A stretch of 64,000 nt of DNA from Plasmodiophora brassicae (Eukaryota), in NCBI GenBank assembly GCA_036867785.1, contig CP145411.1:930001-994000 (forward strand), read 5' to 3'. The translations under genes and the position numbers were made by a program. Within the stretch, counting starts at the first letter, position 1. Each line of letters starts with the position of its first letter. Positions 26,654-35,715 of the stretch are shown one piece after another. The notes beneath the pieces are model-generated. The model saw only the letters and a program-made list of their open reading frames with translations, did no database searches and had not been told where the DNA came from.

Positions 26654-27566
26654 TTACTGATCTTCATTGCGTAACCTAATAACCATTGATTTCCGCCAAT
26701 CTGGGTCGTCATTACTCCCGCCCAACTCGTGGGGCAGCAGCGCGTCGGGGATCTCCATTCGAAGGCCTTCCAGGCCATGCTGATGTACAAGAATTCGATC
26801 CCGTATCTTCTTCGTCGTCATGCGCAAGATGATACTGGACAGGATCGGCATGTACCAGGGCGGAAATACGATATGGACACCTGACTATAGCTCAGGCTGT
26901 GATGTTCGGAAAAGGAACAGACGAATGGGGATACGATGTAGGCGAAGCGGAAGACAGCCTTGGACCAGCTCCATGGTCTTCAGTACCTCCGCCATCGGAG
27001 GCATCCGGAACCCGTGCAGGTTCTCGATAAGGACGACCCCGGCAACCTGGGTCTGCACACTGGAGATAAGCGACAAGGCGAGCTGGACCACGGCCCTCAT
27101 CTCGTCCTCGTACGTGAAGCGGTCGCGGTTGAAGAGAGCCCAGTCGCAAACGGCGATGGCACAACCTGTCGCTGCGCTATCAGTAGCCGTGCACGCTTCG
27201 GAAGTCGGGAGGCACACCTTGGGGAGTCCTCTTGGGTAAGATGCGAATCATTCCATGATCCATGAACAGCGCCAAGTTGTGGACATTGCCTGTAAAGAAG
27301 GCCGGGTGGGCGGTCCTGAACCTGCTGAACCGGACTAGGGAGCGCAGAGCGCGCCTGCAATCAAATTTCCTCCAACGCAGGAACGCCAGAAGGAACAGAT
27401 CGCGTCGGGCCTCATGGTAGGCGAACAGGCCGTCGTACTTAGGTTCGGCAATCGCATCGCGCAGGAACGCCAGCCCCTGTCTGCGACAGTCTTCCGTTTC
27501 GTTTAGTTCCGTCAAGGCTTTCGCCTGCAGATCGAGAGGCGACAGCGTGTTGGCTGGGTAATCCAT
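26654..27566 (-). CDS. CRAL-TRIO (alpha-tocopherol transfer/clavesin-like) lipid-binding protein, multi-exon
   Basis: KALTELNETE; DLFLLAFLRWRKFD; QTQVAGVVLIENLHGF; QGCLPLRLHRI; KKIRDRILVH; LPHELGG. Confidence 0.92.
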
Positions 27567-27766
27567 CAGACAGTGACCGAGCCCACCCACCAGCGACGGC
27601 TGGGCATGTCGGTTAATGTCATTCGAGATAAGCACCTTGCGACATTCCAGACAATTCACTACGATGGCACATCAGGAATCGTTACTTACTGCAATGGAAA
27701 TACTTGTCACTCATATATTAACAGGGACGCATAGGGATATGAATAGTTAGGACACCACGCATGGAC

Positions 27767-29802
27767 CTATGCCCTGGCGATGGGTGAGTACGAGAGCCTG
27801 ACGAGAAGTTCGCCTGCGGGTTCGACTTTGCCATCCACTTGCAGTTTGATCCACTTCTTGATTTCCATGGTGGACCCCGTTGTTCTTCCTCGCCCGAAAC
27901 CATTGGCTATCCACTGCAAGCGCGAGAATCAGTCGTCCCAATACAGCCAAATTCAAGACGCCGAGCCTTACAGATATGTCGATCTCGATGCTGCCTAGCA
28001 GTTTGTCTGGCGATAGGAAGAATGATCGTCGGTCGTACAGTGAGATTGTCAGGAATTTGCCCAACTGAGTGCTGTTGACAGTGAACGAGAACGTGGCATT
28101 GCGAAACGAAGGGGACAGAGTGTTGGGGACGACAGGCGTCTTCACGGGTGACTGCGAGGGATACTTGACGACAACGTATGTCGACCGCAGCTTCCGGTTG
28201 AGGTTCTTGGACGGCTTTAGGTTCCGTGCAAGCAATATGGACACGGACAGCTGCCCAATGACTCTCTCCTTGTGCACACTGTGGTCGTGAGGAAGGTGAT
28301 ACGTCGTCGATATCCGCATCAGGTCCGTCAGCGACATTAGGCCCACGGCGCGCCCTTCTTTGTCAGTCAGCCACAGATGATGGATGGGACGAATGCGATG
28401 TGGCGATGCGAATGAGTTCAGTGCATGCAGTAAGGTGCATTTTCGCGTTATAGTTGCGAGCGGGGGCTTCACGTCGGCGGCCGCAGCGAGGAACTATGCA
28501 GGCGCGTTACGTCGGTATACGAGGCGGTCAACGGGACCCGGTTGCTCCAACCTCGCTGATCGGCCGGGTCAGGGAGTTGGCCGTGGCACTCGTCAGGTGC
28601 CGCAGATCCGATCCGGACAGTGAATTCAGCAACTTGCCCGCTTTGTCGACGACAGCGAGAACGCTGACATTGGCCGCTATAACGAAATTGAGTGCCTGGA
28701 ACGGGCCAGGTTAGCTCGTGGACAGCCGCTATGCCCCAGGGTGAGACTCACGTCAAGAACGGGGACACCGTCTTCGACGGATATGATCGACTTTTCGAAG
28801 TGCGACGTCCCTGGTGCCCAAGCACATGTCAGCACCGATATCCATAAGTTCAGCAAGGTTAGTTACCGACCCAGTCCAAGGTCCCTAACTCGAGAATTCG
28901 CAACGCGTACAAGATCGTTCCGCAGGGTATCGGATTCGGCGAGAGGGGCGAAGACGTCCCTGTACGGTTCCGATTCCGCAGAGTTAGGGTCGATGGCCCA
29001 GTGCATGAGCTTATGCAGGAACACGGCAATGTCGTGTTGACTGGCAGAATGCAGGTCAGCACGTCGCTTCAACGCAGTACGCCGCTGGAATCATCCAACG
29101 CGCGAACCTGATGATATCCTTGATGTGTTCCATCGACGGCGATGCATTGATCTCACTATCCTCGAATTCGTCAAGGATCAGCGCCCGGTGGTTGGAACCC
29201 GTCGTCAGCGTCTTCACGAAATCGGATAGCACCATCGATTCCTTCACGAAGACGGTCGGGTTGCGACCCGAGAAATTCACCAGATCGCGGACGGGTCTCA
29301 ACATGCAATCGGAGCTGTGTACCCTGCAGTCAGCACACACTGCCTGACACGGTCGGGCAAGCGGTCATTACTCCAGAACAGGGCTGAGGGGCCTTCCGCG
29401 AAACAGCTGAACGGTCTGACGATCGCCGAGCCGATCGCTATCATCCGCGTCGACGTGCGCCAGATACTTCTGGGATATGGGCGGCGTCAGCAGCACTTTC
29501 ACCTTTGCGAATATGTGTGAATCTAGGCCCACGAACGCCCGTGTCGGTCAGCACAGAGGCGGGGGTATCACACGCGCGCTGACATTACAGAACGACATCA
29601 GGTCGAGGCAGTCGACCACGCCGAGCACGCAGCCCTGATCGGTAATCGGCAGCGAGAGGAACGCCCGTTCGGTAAGTACGGCGAGGAGCTCCTCGATGGT
29701 GGCATCGGCTGTCACGGTGGCCAGCGACGATTCCCGCGCGATGATATCCTGTATGGTGAACCTGGACAGCGCGATCAGGATCGGGTTGTCGAGCTCGACC
29801 AT
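27767..29802 (-). CDS. Multi-CBS-domain (AMPK-gamma/SDS23-like) protein with a C-terminal C2 domain, multi-exon
   Basis: CBS units (ATIEELLAVLTERAFLSLPI..LGVVDCLDL; HRALI; VSVLAVVDKAGKL...SGSDLR; IHHLWLTDKEGRAVGLMSLTDL) followed in frame by C2 (GQLSVSILLARNL...YVVV...KTPVVPNTLSPSF...LTISLYDR...DKLLG). Confidence 0.85.
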
Positions 29803-30043
29803 GGGCGCGTCGGCCGCGGCCAAATGGTCGTCCACGGCGCCGCCCAGAACCCGGATTCGGTGCAGGTTGTCCCCGTCACCCGCTCCCGTGGACACGGGCC
29901 TCCCTCCAGCCAGTCCCAAGCAGGCGTCCTTATGTTACGGGGTCCTGTTGACCATTGTCAAAACACGACGTCTTACTGCGTGCCTCGGGTTTCGCGGAAG
30001 CACTGCGCGACGCTGCCCCCGCCTGTCCCCGTGGCGGCGCAGA

Positions 30044-30179
30044 CTCTGCCCAGTCGGCGCTGCAGCGGGGGCGTTGACTGTGCCCAGTCGGTGCTGCAGC
30101 GGGGGCGTTGACTGTGCCCAGTCGGCGCTGCAGCGGGGGCGTTGACTGTGCCCAGTCGGCGCTGCAGCCGGGGGCGCTG
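30044..30179. repeat. Minisatellite, 4 x 34-bp head-to-tail units (CTGTGCCCAGTCGGCGCTGCAGCGGGGGCGTTGA)
   Basis: Units begin at 30044, 30078, 30112 and 30146 with few mismatches and no spacers. Confidence 0.95.
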
Positions 30180-30465
30180 CCTTATCGTCCGTGTCGTGTG
30201 CTCGCAACGTACGCTGGTGACGTGTGGGGTCGGGGTCGCTGGTTAGGACGCGATCCTCATGGAGGGACGGCGTACCTCGCACGTGCCGGCATGCCTGTGC
30301 AGATGGTCGGGTCCCCGTCTGGTGCGGTGCCGTCGCGGGCAGCGGATCCTGCGGGTGACGATTCGGTGGGGTCCGTCGTAGAGTCGGGCCGATGAAGAGA
30401 TATGGGGTCGGGGGGTACAGTGTGATCGAAGTTTGGGATCTCGACAAGGGTGGCGGCCAGCGGCA

Positions 30466-33400
30466 ATGGCCGCCGTCAGCAACGGGAGCGGCCGCTTTGG
30501 AAACTCCCGCATGGCCATGTCCATGGCGGGACATCATCTCGCCTATGGCGACGAGCTCCTGCGGCTGGGCGCTTACCGTGCCGCCCAGGCGCATTTCGTC
30601 GAGGCCAGCAGCCTGATCGATGCCGCCTCCGATGCCAAGGTCGTGTCCCCCGTGGCCGACGTGATCGCCGACCAGGCGGTCGTCGACGAAGTCGGCAGCA
30701 GCGCCGCCAGTGACGACGACGATGACGATATCGAAGACGACGTCGGCGCAGTGACCCAGGAGCGATGCCTGGCGTCGATCGCGGAATCCAGGAAACGGTT
30801 TACGTTCGAACGTCGCAACCTGGCCGCCCTGATCGCCCTGGATCGCGGGCGCGGCCGTGCCGCCTCGCAGATCATCGACGACATCCTGCAGCAGCCGATC
30901 CTGGACGACGACACGCGGCAGTACTACCAGAGCAAACGCGTTCGCGCCAATCGGATCGCGGCCGACCAGGACCAGGTCCAGGACGCCATCGCCATCGCGG
31001 ACGCGGTCGCCGCCCGGGCCACGACGTACGCCGCCGCCGGCCTCGACACGTTGTCGATCACAGCGTGGCGCCTGGCCGCCCAGGTCTGCTCGGACGCCCT
31101 GGCGTCCACCAAGACGCCGACGCCACGTATCAGCATCGGCCAGGCGCCCGTCACCGACGCGGGCAGGAGCCGCCTGATGGCCATCCAGCAGGACGCCATG
31201 GCGCAGGCGCGCCGTGCCTCGGCGGCGGTGGCGTCGACGTTGCCGGCGGCGATGCTGGGCGACCTCGTCGACGCGTTCGTGGAGCGGCAACGACACCAGT
31301 GCGAGGATATCGGGGCGCTGCTCGCCGACCAGGACACGCCCGAGGCCGACCGCGACGCGCTGATACGCCCGTCGCAGGTCGGCGACATCACGATCGACGG
31401 GAAGCTGTGGGCGGCGCGCCAGGCGGCCGTCATCGTCGACATGCTGGCGCCGGGGCGCGCGTCCGCCATCCTGGACGACGTCGCGCTCCACGAGCAGCAT
31501 CGCGCGCTGATCCTGGATCGGCGTCGAGGCGCGGCGCGGCACCAGATCGAGGGCAAGTTCGACCAGGTCGTCAAGGACCTGGACCAGGCGAACGGGGCCC
31601 CGTCGCGACGCGCCCACGTTGTCCATGACCTCCTGTCGACGGTGGCCAGCGCGTACCGCGACCCTCGCGACCTGCACCTGCTGTCCACGGCGAACCTGTC
31701 GGCCAGCGTCGCCCGTTTCAACGATGCGATCGCCGCCGAACGCGCCGCCGACGAACGCCAAGCGGCTGCCATGGCGGCGTTCGTCGAGGGCGCCGATCGG
31801 CACCTGCGACGCGCGCTCGCAGCGGCGTCGACGTGGCCGTCGGACAAGGTCGTCGCCAGGGCGCGCCAGGCGTCGTCGTTGTACGAGCGCGCGCGACAGT
31901 CGCCGGCCTGGCGGGCGCGCGCCGAACGCGGCCTGCTGCGATCGTCGCAGCTGCAGGAGGCGATCCGGTGCCGGGACGAAGCCGCCCGGTGCGGCGCCGG
32001 CGACCGGGAACGCGCGCTGCGCTGGGCGATGCGAGCGGCCGTGACGATCGGCGACGCCCTGGGCGCCATGCAGGGCGTCGACCAGGCGGCCGACGCCCTG
32101 GTCGTGCAATCGCGCGCCCGGGCCAACCTGGCCGCCGCGGTCACCGCCCTGGATGCCCTGATCCCGACCGGCGCGTCCGACGACGAGCGCCGCGTCGGCG
32201 CGCTGATCGGCAGGGCGCGCGACCTCGACCCGTCCGACGCCGTCATCGGCGCCTGGAGCAGGGCGTTCCGCCTGTGCCAGGAAGGGATGTCGGCGCGCGC
32301 CTCCAGGGACTACAAGCGCGCCAAAGCGATCTTTGACGAGTGCAACGAGCTGGCGCCGTCGGAGGCGTTCCGGCGCGCCGGCCAGGAGGCCGACAACCTG
32401 GCGTACAAGGCGGAGCTGCGAGCGGCCACTGAACGATTGGCGGCGCACGCGACGGCGCCGGGCACGCTGGGCCCGATGCCGGTCAACCTGTCGAGCCGGA
32501 TCTCGGCGACGCGGATCGAGTCGCTCGTCGACGGCGTCGTCGGCGACATCCTGGACGGGGACGACCCCGATCGGGCCGACTACAGGGAGGCGATCGTGTC
32601 GGTCCTGCAGGCGCACCCGCTGTTCGACGATGGCGAGATCTGGAACGACGACGAGCTGGCCGACCTGCGACGGGCGCTCGTCGACGCCGTCGCGAAGGTC
32701 CTCGGGCACACGATGGCCGACGTCGAGGTCGTCGTCCACCAGGCCGCCGACGAGCGCCAGCTCATGCGCCAGGCGACGTTATCGCCCAGGTCGCGAGCGA
32801 TGGCCCAGGACGACCTGGTTCGTCGGGCGTCGATGCGCCTGACGGCCAGGGCGATGCGGGTCGCCGCCGACATCGGCGCCACTGAGCTGCACCTCGAGCA
32901 CAACATGTTCCGATGCCTTCGACGACGCATCCTGGCCTGCCAGGCACTCGTCGACCGGTTCGCCGACGTCGACGCCATGGTCGACGCCGGCACCTGGATC
33001 GGCCGGCAACTGGACGCTCGATGGTTCCCCGAGGTCGAGGCGTCCAGCGGCACCGACGACGTCGGCGTTGTCGTCGCGTCCGGGTCCGTTGATCTCGAGC
33101 AGGACCTGAACGACAACGACAGCACGAACGACGACCTGATTGCCGACGAGGTCATCGCCGCCTGGCAGGCGCACGACGACGCGGTACGCGGCAGCGACGA
33201 GAACGCTTGGCGCAGCGCATTCGCCGACCTCGTGCACCGGTCGGGGGTCATTGCCCAGCGGCTCGTCGACGAGCCGATGACGAGCCTCCTGCACGCCCGC
33301 ATCAAACACCATCGCGCCGAGACGACACAGCGACTGGCGAGCGCCGCCGACAAGACCTCGCAGGTTGACCTGATCGCGATGGAGACCGTTGCAGGTGCGC

Positions 33401-34458
33401 TCCTCGACCTGATCTCGCTTCGGGTGCGTGCTCGCCTGCAGGAGCTGAACGTGGCGGCGCGCTCGGCACGCGCAGCGTTCCCCATGGCGCTTCGCGACCG
33501 CCTGACGAACCTGACGCGTACGCTGCCGGCGGAGCGGGACCCCGCCCCCGTCCTGTCCCTAAAGAACGTCGTCCGCGACATAGTGAGCGTCGTCGAGCAC
33601 AACCCGATCGACACGGTTGACGTCTGGCGGGTCTCGATCGCATTGGCGTTCGACGCCGTTGCCCTGCCGACGCCGTCGTCGTGCAGCGACGAAGTGATTG
33701 TCGAAGCGGCCACGACGATAACGTCGCAGATGTACACGGCGCGGGTCGTGTCGTCGTCGGCGCCGCCGCTGGAGAACCAGGACCAGTTCGAGCGACGGGC
33801 GAACCGTGTCCTGCTTCGTCATTTCAGCAGCGAGCACAGCGACGTCGTCGAGCGGGTGCGGGAACGACCCCGCCACGTGTTCGCAATCTGCAAGGACATG
33901 GTCGGCAAGATCGCAACGAACGATGCCCGTCATCGGGAGCCGAGTCCGACGTCCGCATCCATGACGTCGATTTCGTCAAACGACCCGGCGACGACAGCGA
34001 AGAGCGCGTCGTCCGGGACGTCGAAGTCAGTGTCGGGTGGCAAGCAACAGCAACGTCACCAGCAGCAGCAGCAGCTGCAGCAAGAACAGCTACCATCGCA
34101 GCAGCAGCAAGCGTTCACAAAGGACCTGCTGATTGTGATCAGGAAGCTGGTTGCCATGCGGGTCGTTCCTCTGGACGCGAACTCCAAGACGAAGCAGGCC
34201 ATGTCGGCCTGGATTGACGATATCCTGACGAGATCGCTGTCGGCCGGGTCGCATGCGCGTTTCCTGAACAGCCTGGCGCTGCAGACGCAGAGAGCCAGCG
34301 ACCATGCCAAAACCGAGCTGGCCGACCGGATCGCCGGCGCCCTGCGCGCGTTCCCCATCGACGACGTCGTCAACGGCAAGGACGCGCCCCTGCAGGCCGA
34401 CGCCATGGCTGCGGTCAGAAAGGCGATCACCGACTGTAAGAACAATCTCAGACACTAA
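30466..34458 (+). CDS. Large single-exon Ala/Asp-rich helical (TPR-like) protein, ~1,330 aa, with polyQ tract
   Basis: Uninterrupted 4-kb ORF with strong GC3 codon bias; TPR-like segments (GDELLRLGAYRAAQAHFVEAS; GMSARASRDYKRAKAIFDECNELAPS). Start codon uncertain. Confidence 0.8.
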   Translation: MAAVSNGSGRFGNSRMAMSMAGHHLAYGDELLRLGAYRAAQAHFVEASSLIDAASDAKVVSPVADVIADQAVVDEVGSSAASDDDDDDIEDDVGAVTQERCLASIAESRKRFTFERRNLAALIALDRGRGRAASQIIDDILQQPILDDDTRQYYQSKRVRANRIAADQDQVQDAIAIADAVAARATTYAAAGLDTLSITAWRLAAQVCSDALASTKTPTPRISIGQAPVTDAGRSRLMAIQQDAMAQARRASAAVASTLPAAMLGDLVDAFVERQRHQCEDIGALLADQDTPEADRDALIRPSQVGDITIDGKLWAARQAAVIVDMLAPGRASAILDDVALHEQHRALILDRRRGAARHQIEGKFDQVVKDLDQANGAPSRRAHVVHDLLSTVASAYRDPRDLHLLSTANLSASVARFNDAIAAERAADERQAAAMAAFVEGADRHLRRALAAASTWPSDKVVARARQASSLYERARQSPAWRARAERGLLRSSQLQEAIRCRDEAARCGAGDRERALRWAMRAAVTIGDALGAMQGVDQAADALVVQSRARANLAAAVTALDALIPTGASDDERRVGALIGRARDLDPSDAVIGAWSRAFRLCQEGMSARASRDYKRAKAIFDECNELAPSEAFRRAGQEADNLAYKAELRAATERLAAHATAPGTLGPMPVNLSSRISATRIESLVDGVVGDILDGDDPDRADYREAIVSVLQAHPLFDDGEIWNDDELADLRRALVDAVAKVLGHTMADVEVVVHQAADERQLMRQATLSPRSRAMAQDDLVRRASMRLTARAMRVAADIGATELHLEHNMFRCLRRRILACQALVDRFADVDAMVDAGTWIGRQLDARWFPEVEASSGTDDVGVVVASGSVDLEQDLNDNDSTNDDLIADEVIAAWQAHDDAVRGSDENAWRSAFADLVHRSGVIAQRLVDEPMTSLLHARIKHHRAETTQRLASAADKTSQVDLIAMETVAGALLDLISLRVRARLQELNVAARSARAAFPMALRDRLTNLTRTLPAERDPAPVLSLKNVVRDIVSVVEHNPIDTVDVWRVSIALAFDAVALPTPSSCSDEVIVEAATTITSQMYTARVVSSSAPPLENQDQFERRANRVLLRHFSSEHSDVVERVRERPRHVFAICKDMVGKIATNDARHREPSPTSASMTSISSNDPATTAKSASSGTSKSVSGGKQQQRHQQQQQLQQEQLPSQQQQAFTKDLLIVIRKLVAMRVVPLDANSKTKQAMSAWIDDILTRSLSAGSHARFLNSLALQTQRASDHAKTELADRIAGALRAFPIDDVVNGKDAPLQADAMAAVRKAITDCKNNLRH

Positions 34459-34589
34459 ACCATGTCGCGTGCTACGGTGCCTGTGGTTCTGCATGGAACC
34501 GCTACGTCAGGGGCGCGGCAACGTTTGGGCTCCAGCGTTCTCCGCAGCCACTGATCCCGAGCACGTTCACGCCGTCAATGAGCAAATGT

Positions 34590-34750
34590 CGTTGCGGCCA
34601 GGGTCGGCGTTCTCGCTGTAGCCGACAAGCGGGCCACTGTATGGGGCGGATCTGCAGCACCTGACGAGTGCCATTGCTAACTACCTGACCCGGCCGACCA
34701 GCGAGGTTTGACCAACAACCCGTGGATCGCATCGTATACTGAATAAACGT
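34590..34750 (+). pseudogene. Degenerate inverted copy of a CBS exon (source ~28500-28680)
   Basis: GCGTTCTCGCTGT..CGACAAGCGGG...GGATCTGCAGCACCTGACGAGTGCCA...CCTGACCCGGCCGA.CAGCGAGGTT aligns to the reverse complement of 28500-28680 with indels. Confidence 0.85.
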
Positions 34751-35715
34751 GTCGTCATTCGCTCAACTATAATGTAAAAATCTACAAAACTGCATGCACA
34801 TCGCCACATCGCATTCGTCCCATCGATCGCCGGTGGAACACTGGTAACTGAGAGGGCGCGCCGTGGGCCTAATGTCGCTGACGGAGACGAATCCCAGCTA
34901 GTTTGGCTGTTCAGTCCCCGAGTGCAGGTCGTGGAATGCAGAAGGCCTTGGATGAGGGCCACAGCTTCGCACAGGCAGTGGTGTTTCTTTGAACCATGAT
35001 AAAGGGACGGCAGCGGCATGTCGTCCCTCGGGGGGCCAAGGCCTCGCATTGCGACACATATTGCGATGCGTGAGAGAACGATCGACACAGAAGGCTCTTG
35101 GCAGTAGGTACGCCGCCAACACGATAGCGTAGGGGGAACGTTCGCTGAACGTTCAAACGCTTAAAGCCGCTGTCCTATAATGCGCTTATCTATTCGTGTT
35201 GATAGGATGCCGGGTGCTGCCGCTGTTCCAGACGACACTATCGTCTAAGGTCGGCACCGGTTGCATGTTCATCTGCGCTGGGACTGTTTGGGGACGCCGG
35301 CACGACGCGATAATGCTTCCTCGCCCTCCAGGCCAACGATTGCGATCAACGACAGCACCATGGGCTCGCCAGCGCCGGTTTGCAGACAGACACCGAGCAC
35401 GATTGGTTCGATACTGGGCATTTGCCGGCTTCCTCAGATCAGCGAGCCCCCACCCCTAGCGGTCGGTGTCCCCGTCATGGGCCTTGACACGGTCGACAGC
35501 GGGAACAAGCAACGACTGCAACGGCTACCGGTTGGTAAAGCCGGTCGCGTCGTCTTGTTCGCCGCCGAGGTAGACCACGACGCAGCGGCACGGGCTGGAA
35601 AGCGGAAGCATGGCGGTCCATTCGGCATCGGGCGGCATGGCATGCCACTGCCAGTGGCACAGTGCAGTGGCAGGCTGGGGTCCCCAACGCCGCTATTCTT
35701 GACGGCGCCGGTTGC

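Noticed and set aside
30044-30179. 34-bp partly palindromic repeats as a CRISPR array
   Set aside because: Units are contiguous with no unique spacers, no cas genes are present, and the context is eukaryotic.
29935-32739. 934-aa minus-strand ORF
   Set aside because: Antisense shadow of the GC-rich 30466-34458 gene; Arg/Val/Gly-rich with no domain features.
34750-35700. Short ORFs between the helical gene and the HPR-RAP gene
   Set aside because: No motif, codon-bias or splice-chain support; treated as intergenic.
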